Source: Octopus vulgaris (lineage: Eukaryota). From it: a DNA stretch of 64,000 nucleotides. The notes beneath the pieces were generated by a model. It ran no database searches and had not been told where the DNA came from. It saw only the letters and a list, made by a program, of their open reading frames with translations. The DNA lies in the NCBI GenBank assembly GCA_951406725.2, contig OX597814.1:176080001-176144000 (forward strand). The letters run 5' to 3'. This document shows positions 25,564-38,990 of the stretch, piece after piece (the first letter of the stretch is position 1; each line of letters begins with the position of its first letter). The position numbers and the translations under genes are program-made.

Positions 25564-25565
<2 letters not shown>
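25028..25565. mobile_element. (TAA)n-associated non-autonomous element, tandem copy 3
   Basis: Same unit and orientation, flanked by (TAT)n. Confidence 0.8.
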
Positions 25566-25632
<67 letters not shown>

Positions 25633-25641
25633 TACTACTAC

Positions 25642-25702
<61 letters not shown>

Positions 25703-25964
25703 TGCTTCTATGTAGACGAAGGGACAGATACACTTGTATGTGGAATACTCTGTTACTTTGCACGTTAATTCAATAAGCAGATCGAGCAAGTAGACGCTCA
25801 ACGTCGAACTTAAGAGTACATATATATGAGTGTGTATAAATATATATATACAAGTGTGTATGTGTGTGTGGGCGGGAGAGAGAGAGATAATTAGTCGATT
25901 ATTGAAATAAACTGCTTGCGATAGATATTTAAAATATTCATAAAATTATAGATGTAAACAAATA

Positions 25965-26390
25965 TAGATGAAGCAAAGACTGAAAATATTCAGACGATGA
26001 ATATTCATGTGTAAATATATAAATATATATAAATATATTAATATATTAACAGAAAAAATTTCATAGAGTACAAAGATAGAAAAAACACGAAGGAAAGAAG
26101 GTAAGGTATTATAGGCCCAACAGCTGTTTCTGGGGGCTCGGACTTACGTAATAATGTTGGTAGATATAGTTCGTAAAAAGTCAAGAATATGCAACCAGTA
26201 GTGGATGCATATAACCATTAGGTAAATTTTGTCGGATCTATCATACCATACCTTCTCCCCTTAGCTCTTTTGCGTCTTTGTTCTTTTTGAAAATTTGCTC
26301 TGTTAATATATAGCTACCTATATATTTATATATAGGTAGTTATATATATATTTCTACATAAATGTTCATCATCTGAATAATCTTTGTTTC
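25965..26390. repeat. Diverged long inverted repeat, probable PLE inverted-end remnant
   Basis: ATTCAGACGATGAATATT...ATTAACAGA / TCTGTTAAT...AATGTTCATCATCTGAAT; hammerhead 3' half GAAA-CAGCTG-TT on the minus strand near 26120. Confidence 0.5.
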
Positions 26391-26986
26391 TCTTTATGTG
26401 TGTGTGTATGTATGTATGTATGTATGTATGTATGTATGTATGTATGTATGTATGTATGCACGTATATTTTAAATATCAAGCCCAATCGGTGTATTTGTTT
26501 ACTTGCTTAATTATCCCCATATCTGGTTACCTGGATTCCCCTCACCCAACTGTATACCCAACGGACTTAGTCCTCATTAAAGATTTCGGAATGTAAGTTC
26601 AAATCGTTTGAGAGCTACAATGTGTTTTCTATATTGAACATCTCTGGATCACATCTGTTGACTCCGTCTATGTATGTATGCATAAATATGTGTATGAGTA
26701 CATAATTATGTGTATGGGTACATATATATATGTGTACATCATCTTTTATCTTTTACTTGCTTAAACCATTGGATTGCACACATGCCTCGGCACTTCCTTG
26801 AAAGGTTCGTCGAAGTTATTGACCCCAGCACTTATTTTGAAGGCTGGTACTTTTTCTATCACATTTCACCGAATCTCTAAATAAATTTGAATAAAAACCA
26901 GACTCAGTTGTCAAACGATGGTGGGGTACAAATGCAAAGACGCATACACTCTCTCTCTCTCACACACACATACCCACACACACACA

Positions 26987-27037
<51 letters not shown>

Positions 27038-27040
<3 letters not shown>

Positions 27041-27182
27041 GAAAGAATGGAGTTGAACGACGATTTAACAAAATTCCTTTATTCTCGATATATGTTTCGA
27101 AGGCTGCATATTCCAGCCTTCGAAACATATGTCGAGAATAAAGGAATTTTGTTAAATCGTCGTTCAACTCCATTCTTTCATT
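27038..27182. repeat. Near-perfect hairpin, 69 bp arms, 7 nt loop, centred on a hammerhead stem II
   Basis: ...CTCGATATATGTTTCGAAGGCTG-CATATTC-CAGCCTTCGAAACATATGTCGAG...; one mismatch. Confidence 0.9.
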
Positions 27183-27184
27183 TA

Positions 27185-27960
27185 TCTCTTATTATAAAAG
27201 GCAGATTTTATCTGCCTCCCTTTGGGAGTTATAGAAATCTACAATATAGGATTTCTTCAATTACAATTTACCTAGCATTTTTAAGAGTACAATGCATCGC
27301 GTCATGCCAGGTCCAGTTTTTAAAATTTAAACTCCAATTAAGCAAAATTTACAGAAAACTCACATTCTGGTGTGTGTGTCAAATGCTTTTCTTAGTCTGG
27401 TTTACACCACACGCAAACGCACACACACAGTGTGCAACGAATAAAATGAAAGTAAATAGCGACAGAGTGATTTGAGGAAGACTAAACTGAAAGTATTTAA
27501 ACCACTACTCAAAAAATAACAAAAACACAGCAAACAGAAACAAATAAATACATAACGATTTACTCCTCACACAATTTCTTCAATTAGAATTTACCTAAGA
27601 TTTTTCAAAGTACTCCATTCGCTCATGCCATAATATATTTCTTTCAATTTCACCCCCAATTAAGACAAAATTCGAGAAAACTCAATATTTTAACATTTCA
27701 CTCTGAAAGCATTGATGTACATGTGTGCGTGCGTGAGTGTGTGTGTGTCATTCCTCACACACACGCATACACATACATATACAACTACATACAACTACAT
27801 ACACATACAACTACATACAAACACGTGTGTTTGTTATTAAAAAAGGCGCCAAAATACAACTCACTTATCATTCCAACACATTTGCAAAGACACACGGACG
27901 GACAGAAAAGGTAAATTGGTTTTTATTTTACTCTGTATATATTTTATTATATAATATTAT
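27185..27960. mobile_element. Possible Helitron/Helentron-like non-autonomous element with an internal duplication
   Basis: Starts TCTCTTATTATAAAAGGCAGA with a subterminal hairpin (GGCAGAT..ATCTGCC); internal direct repeat ~27250-27365 vs ~27575-27685. Confidence 0.35.
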
Positions 27961-28069
27961 ATATAGATATATGTATATATAATTGCAGTATGAAACAGTG
28001 TTTATGTATAAACAGACGACACTTATATATAGTTATTATAATAAGAGATTAATAAATGTATGCATCCGT

Positions 28070-28399
28070 TTAACCCTTTCGTTACCAAGCCGCCCGAATT
28101 TACCTATTCATATTTAAATGAGAATATCAGAGCAAATCTCTTTAGTACATTCGTGAAAACACGTATTATACTTCGTAAACACTTCAACTACAGTTTTGTA
28201 CAAAAATCGAAGTGTAATTTTAATTCCGTGAATTATGGGAGATTTTTTCCCGAAATTTGTTCCTATTGTGTTTTCAAAATTTGTAATTCTGACAAAAAAT
28301 GGATACGAATTTCATTATATCAAGCAGCGAGTCAGAATTCGAAGGATTTTCTACTGAAGACCTTCATAAATCTAACTCTATGACTGAAAAAAAAAAGCA
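28070..28399 (+). mobile_element. piggyBac-like element left end
   Basis: TTAA|CCCTTTCGTTACC start and a short acidic peptide (SSSESEFEGFSTEDL); right end not found. Confidence 0.35.
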
Positions 28400-28794
28400 T
28401 CTTTATATAAGAGTGAAGTTGTGTGTCTGTCTACTACGATTTAGATTCCTAACTACTCCCACATTTTGCGGTGCAGTTTAACCAAAAGCGGGTATCTTAT
28501 AGTCGTGATTCATATCGAGCCCTTCTGGGTATTAGCGTGCGTCTACGATGAGTCTACGATTTAAAAAAAATTTACCATCATATTTTTCCATTTTAATGCA
28601 ATTTTTTCGCTTTTATATAAGGGAAGTAACTCTCTAAAAATATCTACGATGTGTCAACGATTTAAAAAAAAATTTACCTTAATTTTTTTTCAATTTTTAA
28701 TGCATTTTTTTGCTATTTTTTGGCTATAACTCTCTAAAAATGCTTATATAGTTATTTCCCTTACAACCCGAGCAACGCCGGGCGATACTGCTAG
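28400..28794 (+). mobile_element. Non-autonomous Helitron, 395 bp
   Basis: A|TC 5' end, 3' GC hairpin CCCGAGCAACGCCGGG followed by CTAG|T; no TSD; internal direct repeats. Confidence 0.85.
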
Positions 28795-28945
28795 TTTGTA
28801 TTAAAAAAAACACACAAATTTCCACACGAAAGCACGTGATCTCTGCCCTTGGCATGTAGCTTCAACCGTGTTTTTCTGACGTGAATTTGCTACCCAGGTA
28901 TCGGTTAACTGAATTATCCATACTAAGATAATTCATTCAACTACT

Positions 28946-29011
<66 letters not shown>

Positions 29012-29684
29012 ATAGAAACAATACTCAACATACCCAGAGGGATTCCTAGTGTAGATCCAGCGACAATCGTGCAATTACTGTGGATGACGCTAGCCAGCCA
29101 TAGGCAGTGAACGTGCTTTATCGACATGCTACTAGGGACATACTCAACACATAAATTTTAAATTTTAAATTTATGTTTTAATTTTAACTTATATGTGTGT
29201 ACGGCGGGCTACCACGTAGCTTTCGTCTACCAAATTCACTCATAAGGCATTGGTCTGCCAGACACTATAGTTGAAGACAATTGACGAAGGTGCCGCGTAA
29301 TGAGACTGAACCCAAAACCATGTGGTTGGCAATTAAGTTTCTTAACCACACAAATATTGCATGCATTATGTGATATGCAATGAGTAAGTATACTGGCCTC
29401 AGTACTTAGAACATTCTGGAAATGATAAAACTAGCATTTGTGTCTGCTGATTTTTTTCTTGGCGAGGGCAATAATTTGGCAGAAACATTAGATCACTGGA
29501 ATAAATGCAGTTTTCCACCCTCGTATCTGATGTCATCCTGCTTCGAATGTTAATTCAAATTTTGCTCATGTTCATGTTGCATTCACCTTCTTTGGGCTTA
29601 GATAACGAATGCAAACAAAATAGAAATGATTTCGTTGGCAATATATCTCACCAACAAAACTGGTTATGTACCTATCCAAAATAA

Positions 29685-29875
29685 TAATAGTAGCAGCAGC
29701 AGCAGTGGCAGCAGTAGCAGTAGCAGCAGCAGTAGTGGTAGTAGTAGTAGTAGTAGTAGTAGTAGTTGTAGTAGCAGCAGCAGCAGTAGTAGCAGCAGCA
29801 GCAGCAGTAGTAGTTGCAGCAGCAGCAGCAGCAGTAGTAGTAGCAGTAGTGGTGGTGGTGGTTGTGGTGGTGGTA

Positions 29876-29943
<68 letters not shown>

Positions 29944-29982
29944 TGTTGTTGTTGTTGTAGTTGTAGTAGTAGTAGTAGTAAT
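29685..29982. repeat. (AGT/AGC/GGT)n trinucleotide microsatellite
   Basis: Seen directly. Confidence 0.95.
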
Positions 29983-30049
29983 ATATCGATACCATTTTCT
30001 TGGCTTCTGCCAAGAGTACTGATGCTCTTTTCCTGGGCCGAATACACAA

Positions 30050-31300
30050 ATCAGTTTTGGTTCCTGGATGTAGCTATTTCACTTACGTCATTCTCTTGGA
30101 GAAGACTTGAACATTACAGCTTCTCATATTTCTGTTCTAAGAGATTGAAAAACATACGCATATGTAAGAAATCATTTGCTAATTGGCAAGGTTAAGTGAT
30201 ATGCAACACTGCAATGCCCTTGTATGGATAACCTTGGTACGTAATCTATTTTCACACACCCTCATTCTTAAAGTCGGAATTCTATTGTAAGAAACAATTT
30301 TATATGCATCATAGAGCTTTTATAAGTTTAAATATAAGAAATTCTGTGTGATATTTTAGGTGATATTTTCAGGTGATTTAGTACTAGTTGGTAAGGGTAC
30401 ATTGAAGACTTCGTATTCATTTAATATATCTAGAGTAAATCAGTCTGGTGTAATCTGCATCTCTCCAAGCTGTGTTCACAGCACTATATGCAAATGAAAG
30501 ACTTGTGATTGTTATAGTGTTGGCACTGCTTACAATGGTGAATTCTGGCACTTGTTCCTGGAACTTATTAACAGCAAAATTATTGGAGACATAACAGGAT
30601 TAAGAAACTTTGCTGCCAACGTGTAGTGTGATTGATGATACTGTACAAGTCGCCGTCCTTTGTTTGATAGCTCAGCACTCTATATACTAGACGGGGTTGA
30701 CAACGGGTTGGCTACGGCTGACAAATGAACACTTGAAACGTTTTCTGTTGGTTTCTAATCTTTTCTAAAAGAGGAAAAAGCTTGTCACTTTCAATGTATT
30801 TGAGGGCCTTTATCTGTTGATGGCTCTTAGATAGATATCCGTGTCACGATTTGTTAAAACTTTTTGCTTACATAATCATTACTATTGTTACAAATGGGCA
30901 GAGACGCAAGGATATCATCATATGATATAATATTGTGAAGTTATTAAATATTAAAACAAACAAAAGAAATTGATGATTCTTGCGTTAGAACATTTGTTAT
31001 TCTCATAATGATACTCCAGATGCGATAAAGTTTTCGCATTTCATATTATTGCAGGAATGGCAATTGATAAATATAATTGTTTAACTCGGCATCTCTTGAA
31101 GTTTTAAGTCTCGTTTTAGAAGTTGCCACTTTGCTTCTGAATGAATACAATTAATTGAATAAATTCAGTGGAGCGTCAAGAATCAAATTAAAACTTTGCA
31201 CCTCATCAAGAGACCGAATCTCTCATTAGGAACTTGTTAAGTTTCAAATAGTGTAAAATGATATCACCTTGTAAAATTAATTAAGCAGCTTGTATTGGTT
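30050..31300 (-). pseudogene. Possible decayed hAT-type transposase remnant
   Basis: Minus-strand fragments EPSTDKG and FICI*CCEHSLE resemble the hAT D-x-S-T-D and CxxH motifs in the expected order; many stops. Confidence 0.25.
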
Positions 31301-31870
31301 GAGTTCCTTTACGGTTTGGAAACATTGTGAAATAAAAATGTATCTCATATGTATTTTCCTTGATGTTTAAATCAGAATATTACGGAATACTTTGGATTTC
31401 TAAATTGTTTAAATTTATCTATTATTGAGAATCGATTAAATTTTTTTCATTTATTATTATTTTATTCGTATTATTGTTTCAATCCTTTAACTATGACCAC
31501 GCAGGCACGCCGACTTAAATGGTTTAGGCGATCAAATCGACCCCTTTACTTATTTTAAGTATTGACCTTATTCTGCACACGCTTTCTATATTTGTTCGTA
31601 TGTATTTCAATTCTCCGTAGACGCTTACATTACAGTTAAAAGCATGAATGCCTCTCGGTTTCAATTTTTTTCCATATGTTGAACGCTAATGGAGTTTAGA
31701 TTTGCAAATAATCAATATTTATCTATATACCTAGTGTTACATATGAAGTCTGGTTTTTAAATATATATGCACGAAGTTATAATCCAGGTTGCTGAATTAT
31801 GATTGTACATGCTCAAGTCCTGAACTATACCTGATATTACAGGACTATGCTCTGATATATACCTGATAGT

Positions 31871-32098
31871 TTAACTCTTTAGCATTTAAACCGGCTATAT
31901 CTGGCCCCAAAATCCCACCTGTCTTACTTCTAAATTGGCCAGATCCCGCCTCTCACACCTACCCTAGAATGTCATTCTAAAGATAACCAATCACATCATC
32001 GAAATCTCGAAACTACGAGGTAATAAATATTTGATTCAAAACAATGTGAATAAATAAAAATTACACCTGACAGAGTGATCTGAATGTTAAAGGATTAA
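31871..32098. mobile_element. piggyBac-like MITE with TTAA at both ends
   Basis: TTAA-CTCTTTAGCATT ... AATGTTAAAGGA-TTAA (degenerate TIRs). Confidence 0.6.
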
Positions 32099-32480
32099 GG
32101 TCTATTTGAATATATGTATCTTATGCGCTATTATTTAAATTTTTCTTTTATTTCATCTAGTTTCAGCTCACGAGCTGTGGCCATGCTGGGGCATCGCCAT
32201 TTGGTTTTGCTACATAGTTTTACTTCACGAATTCTTTTTAGTAATTGACATTTGGTACATGAGAGAGTTTGATGCAGCTGCCCTAATCTGCACCACCTGC
32301 TGCGAAGTCGGTTCATCTGAGACACCTACAAATCGATGTACAGATTTACTTTAGATTTACACTCGATGTTACACCTCCATGTAATTTGTCAGAAATTAAT
32401 AAATAATGAGATTTTAGCCCGAAAAACTTCCTTGGCCAGTGCATTATTTCGTAGACACTTCAGTTCATTTTCTGACCATA

Positions 32481-34988
32481 GGCGCAGGAGTGGCTGTGTG
32501 GTAAATAGCTTGCTAACCAACCACATGGTTCCGGGTTCAGTCCCACTGCGTGGCACTTTGTGCGAATGTCTTCTACTATAGCCTCGGGCCGACCAATGCC
32601 TTGTGAGTGGATTTGGTAGATGGAAACTGAAAAGAAGCCTGTCGTATATATGTATATATATATGTATGTATGTGTTTGTGTGTGTTTGTGTGTCTGTGTT
32701 TGTCTCCCTAGCATTGCTTGACATCCGATGCTAGTGTGTTTACGTCCCCGTCACTTAGCGGTTCGGCAAAAGAGACCGATAGAATAAGTACTAGGCTTAC
32801 AAAGAATAAGTCCCGGGGTCGATTTGCTCGACTAAAGGCGGTGCTCCAGCATGGCTGCAGTCAAATGACTGAAACAAGTAAAAGAGTAAAGAGTATAGGA
32901 TCTCTAGCAGAGCGAAATCGAAGGAGACATCGTGAGGAGACATCCGTTTGTGTCACTCTCTTTTTAAGATTATAGGGCATGACCCATAATCAAAGAATCA
33001 TTTGGTTACTATTTCCGTTAGGGTTTATAGTAAAGTTTCCATTAGAAACCTTCATTACTCATCACACATCATATGATCGACAGACTTAGATCTGCATCCT
33101 TTGTGAAAATAGTTACATAGGCGCAAATAGGGGTTTGTGGTTAAGAAGTTCCAGTCGCAACCTCACAACATATTTTCGTATTCGATCTCATTGGGCAATT
33201 GTCTTCTACTATAGTCTCGAGTTGATCAATGTCTTGAAAGTAAATGTCAAATAAAAATTATACATACGTTCGTATGTACGTATGTATGTATATATGTATG
33301 CGTGCATGTATGAATATATGTGTGCATATCTGTAACTATCACCAAGCATTATTTCCGACACCCTACTGATTCTATTAATCTATGTCTCTTCTCAGCAAAT
33401 ATTAACGAACAGCAATTTAAGAATCCACATTTAGTAAATCAACTAGCAAATTTTGCGGTTTCCGATCCAGAGAAAACTCCAGTTTTCCATGTGCCCCGGA
33501 CAATACCGTAAGGAAAAGTTAACTAAAATAGGCGTATGAATGGCTGTGTGGTAAGTAGCTTGCTTACCAACCACATGGTTCCGGGTTCAGTCCCACTGCG
33601 TGGCACCTTGAGCACGTGTCTTCTACTATAGCCTCGGGCTGACCGAAATCTTGTGAGTGGATTTAGTAGACGGAAACTGAAAAGAAGCCTGTCGCATATA
33701 TGTATATATATATATGTGTTTGTGTGTGTTTGTGTGTCTGTGTTTGTCTCCCTAGCATTGCTTGACATCCGATGCTAGTGTGTTTACGTCCCCGTCACTT
33801 AGCGGTTCGGCAAAAGAGACCGATAGAATAAGTACTAGGCTTACAAAGAATAAGTCCCGGGGTCGATTTGCTCGACTAAAGGCGGTGCTCCAGCATGGCC
33901 GCAGTCAAATGACTGAAACAAGTAAAAGAGTAAAGAGTATAGGATCTCTAGCAGAGCGAAATCGAAGGTATTCCTGTCGTGAGGAGACATCCGTTTGTGT
34001 CACTCTCTTTTTAAGACTATAGGGCATGACCCATAATCAAAGAATCATTTGGTTACTATTTCCGTTAGGGTTTATAGTAAAGTTTCCATTAGAAACTTTG
34101 ATTACTCATCACACATCATATGATCGACAGACTTAGATCTGCATCCTTTGCGAAAATAGTTACATAGGCGCAAATAGGGGTTTGTGGTTAAGAAGTTCCA
34201 GTCGCAACCTCACAACATATTTTCGGATTCGATCTCATTGGGCAATTGTCTTCTACTATTGTCTCGAGTTGATCAATGTCTTGAAAGTAAATGTCAAATG
34301 AAAATTATACATACGTTCGTATGTACGTATGTATGTATATATGTATGCGTGCATGTATGAATATTTGTATGCATATGTGTAGCTATCACTAAGCATTCTT
34401 TCCGACACCCTACTGATTCTACTAATCTATGTCTCTTCTCAGCAAATATTAACGAACAGCAATTTAACAATCCAAATTTAGTTAATCAGCTAACAAATTT
34501 TGCGGTTTCCGATCCAGAGAAAACTCCACAGTTTTCCATGTGCCCCGGACAATACCGTAAGGAAAAGTCAACTAAAATAGGCGTATGAATGGCTGTGTGG
34601 TAAGTAGCTTGCTTACCAAACACATCGTTCCGGGTTCAGTCCCACTGCGTGGGACCTTGGGCAAGTGTCTTCTACTATGGCCTCGGGCCGACCGAAGCCT
34701 TGTGAGTGGATTTAGTAGACGGAAACTGAAAGAAGCCTGTCGTATATATGTATGTATGTGTGTGTGTGTTTGTGTGTCTGCGTTTGTCTCCCCAACATCG
34801 CTTGACAACCGATGCTGCTGTGTTTACGTCCCCGTAACTTAGCGGTTCGGCAAAAGAGACCGATAGAATATATACTAGGCTTACTCAGAATAAGTCTTGG
34901 GTCGATTTGCTCGACTAAATGCGGTTCTACAGCATAGCCACAGTCAAATGACTGAAACAAGTAAAAGAGTAGAGAGTAAAAGAGTAAA
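32481..34988 (+). repeat. Tandem duplication, ~1.05 kb unit, with three SINE A copies (starting at 32481, 33531, 34580)
   Basis: Spacers 32895-33530 and 33938-34579 are near-identical. Confidence 0.9.
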
Positions 34989-35456
34989 TGGCAAAAAATT
35001 CTCTCAGATTCTGTTCGATGTCTGTCACTCGTAGTATTGACATTATTGAAGATATTGTTTTTACAGTAACTCATACGTAATAGAGTTATCACAAAATGTT
35101 TACGTCGTTATGGTCTTTCTTAACAATTCGGCAAAGGATCGGACAAAAGGAGATGGAAAACAAAAACACATGAGACAATAGGGGTGTGTGTGTGTGTGTG
35201 TGTGCGTGCGTGTGTGAGTGTGTGTGATGGCTTGTAGCATAGACCTAGAAATATAGTAGAAAATTGGATCAACGATAACACATTGTGTACATTTGATTGG
35301 AAACCCTAAATTAATTTTCCCTTAACTGTTGGCGAAGTGGGTGGTTAAAAAATTTGCAAAGATAACAAGGAAGCCGAGTAGTTGCCAATGACTATATTAA
35401 TCAAGGCACCAAAAGAACAAACATCTGACGTATCTATTAGTTATATTATTAGTATT

Positions 35457-35488
<32 letters not shown>

Positions 35489-36204
35489 TATTATTATTGC
35501 CTTAGTTTTCGCTTTATATTTTTTTCTTCCTCACTCTCTTCGATTAATTCCTTTTACCACAGATCTTTAATTCTTTTCAGTTTGCTTCCTTGCGCTTTTC
35601 CACTATAATATTTTCTTTTCATATAAAACGAAAAATTACGATTTTATTTTTCCTTGCTACTCAATCTGTTTTGAATAGTCATTTATAAAATGTTATCTTT
35701 TATATTCAATGCATTTTTTTTTTTATTTTTCTTTCAAAGCGTTCCGTTTTTATGCATCGCACCGTAATTCTCTTTTTCGATTTTCTTTCTATCCTCTCTT
35801 TTCAATTATACTTTTTCATTTTTCCTTTCTTTCTTCCTTTTTCTTTTCACTTACCCTTTTCCTTCCCTCCTTCACCCCTTTAATTTTTATATTTCTCTCA
35901 ATTGACTCCTCTCATTTCTTATTTGTTCTGTATTTTTTTTCAGTCTCTCCTCAGAAACTGAAATAAAAAAAAAAAGTTTTTATGAATTTCTGTCTCTCCT
36001 ATTTTTTAAAACTTTTTCCTCATTCTCTCTGTCTTTCTTCAAAACCTATCTTCGTTACATTTTTTTCTATTCTTCCTTCCATTTTTTACTAACTTACTTC
36101 AATATTTATTATTGACAGTGTTAAGGACATTTTAGTTTCTTTTTCTATACCTGTTTTTCTAAGTCATATCACGTTAGCAATTCACCAGAGCAATGGTGAG
36201 GATA

Positions 36205-36256
<52 letters not shown>

Positions 36257-36404
36257 CAGTAAAACTTCAAACCAAGTTATTCACAAAGCATAGTTACCCA
36301 CTTGAGTTTTGCTTTCAAGTCCCACCAAGATCAAATTTAACAAGGTCAACAAAAGGAGAACTATTCAAGTACTGGACATTACATTTACTGTCTTAAGTCC
36401 TAGG

Positions 36405-36630
36405 CCCGTTACTCGGTTTCCGTGGCGTGTAAGTGACCGTGTTCAGAACATTCACAACGAACCGGACGTTACTTCATTGCACGTTTACTTATTTTTAACT
36501 GAGTGGACTGGAGCAACCTGAAACGAGATGTTTTCTCAAGAGGTAACGTACTATCCGGTCCGGTATTCGAAACTATGATCTTGCGATCGTGAGCGCAACA
36601 CATTAAGCACTAGGCGACGCGCCTTCACAC
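36405..36630 (-). mobile_element. SINE family D-related copy
   Basis: Minus strand TGAAGGCGCGTCGCCTAGTGCTTAATG...GTTTCGAATACCGGACCGG...CTTGAGAAAACA. Confidence 0.6.
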
Positions 36631-36682
36631 CGAAGTACAGGGCTAGAATAAATCCTTAAAATATATATATGAATAGCAGCAA

Positions 36683-36893
36683 GGTGGCGAGCTGGCAGAA
36701 ACGTTAGCACGCCGGGCGAAATGCAAAGCCGTATTTCGTCTGCCGTTACGTTCCGAGTTCAAATTCCGCCGAGGTCGACTTTGCCTTTCATCCTTTCGGG
36801 GTTACGCACTGTAATCGATGTAATCGACTTAATCCGTTTGTCTGTCCTTGTTTGTCCCCTCTGTGTTTAGCCCCTTGTGGGTAGGAAAGAAAT
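36683..36893 (+). mobile_element. SINE family B, full length
   Basis: GGTGGCGAGCTGGCAGAAACGTTAGCACGCCGGGCGAAATG head through GCCCCTTGTGGG tail. Confidence 0.9.
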
Positions 36894-37162
36894 ATATATA
36901 TGAATAGAAGCCATGTGAGAACTAAAATATATGAATACTTGTCCATGTGAGAAATCAATGTTTAGAATTCACAACGGTTCACATCATAAGTAGTCTGTAA
37001 CATAATAAACCACCATTGTGGAAAACAAGCTTATACATCAACTTCCCAAAAACGAATCTGCCAAAAGGCTTCAACGCTGTTGTACGTTCTCTTACAAGAA
37101 CTAATGCCAACCGAATCTTTCACAGGTCACACAATATTCTCGATTGCGGAAAAGAAGAGAAA

Positions 37163-37370
37163 CCAAGGGGCTAAACATAGAGGGGACAAACAAGGACAGA
37201 CATAGGTATTAAGTCGATTACATCGACCCCAGTGCGGAACTGGTACTTAATTTGTCGACCCCGAAAGGATGAAAGGCAAAGTCAACCTCGGCGAATTTGA
37301 ACTCACGACAGACGAAATACCGCTAAGCATTTCATCCGGCGTGCTAACGTTTCTGCCAGCTCGCCGCCTT
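37163..37370 (-). mobile_element. SINE family B
   Basis: Reverse complement copy, inverted relative to 36683. Confidence 0.9.
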
Positions 37371-37919
37371 CAAAAGAAGAGATACCTTTGATTAAATAAT
37401 TCTATGTTACACTATGTCTGAAAAAAAAAAGTGAGATTGTCACGGCTGGAATGCCTTTTGTTATAATTGGTCTATTTGATGAAGACGAAACCTGGAGCTA
37501 AGCAACAATAGCAACTTAACCAAAGCAGTGAAATTTACAATGCGATAATATTGCACTATATCACACCTTATTAAAGCATTCTCAATTGTTATACCATCAA
37601 AAGAAGCGGCTACTTTCACTAATGGATTATGGGTTGCTAATAGACTGTGACACACATATATATGTGTGTGTGTGTGTGCGTGTTGGGTGGGTGGGAGTGA
37701 GTTTGTGTGCGCGCGCGCGTATGTTGTTTCCGTGAATGCTTATGCTATGACTTATGCACTTAAAAGTTAAAGTGATCATTACAAACGCTTGAGTTGTAGC
37801 TGTTATTACTATTCTTCTTCTTCTTCTTCTTCTTGATGATTATTTCCATGTTGGCCCTGATCCAGGAGACCTATGATCACTTTTGGACATCCAATTTCTT
37901 CTCTCTCCCTCTCTCTCCC

Positions 37920-37962
<43 letters not shown>

Positions 37963-38384
37963 CCTCTCTCTCTCTCCCTCCCTCTCTCTCTTTCTCCCTC
38001 TCTTTCTCTTTCTCCCCCTCTCTCCCCCTCTCTCTTATTGTAATGATCATCTTATTCAATATCATTTTGTTTGAGACAGTAGGATATGATTTCAGCAACA
38101 TTTAACTGCTACTTCTGTATTTATTTGAATTTCTTTCCAGGATAGAGCAATTCTCTAACAAAGAAACATGCTCAATCACTGAGATTTAGGATAAAAGCAA
38201 CGATAATTGTCTATATCGAAGTTTAGGAATGTTTTGCGTATCATTGCCGTTCCACCTACAAATCGTGTCACTAAAAAGCATTTTGGACATCCTTTTCTTT
38301 GCTTGAAAATCCTAGCGTCTCCAGGTTGTCACTAAGATCCCGTAATAGCGGAGCAAACTTCTTAACTATACAGTCATGCTAGCG

Positions 38385-38990
<606 letters not shown>

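Noticed and set aside
29626-30195. 189 aa Ser-rich ORF
   Set aside because: Open only because of the (AGT/AGC)n repeat; same for 56057-56612
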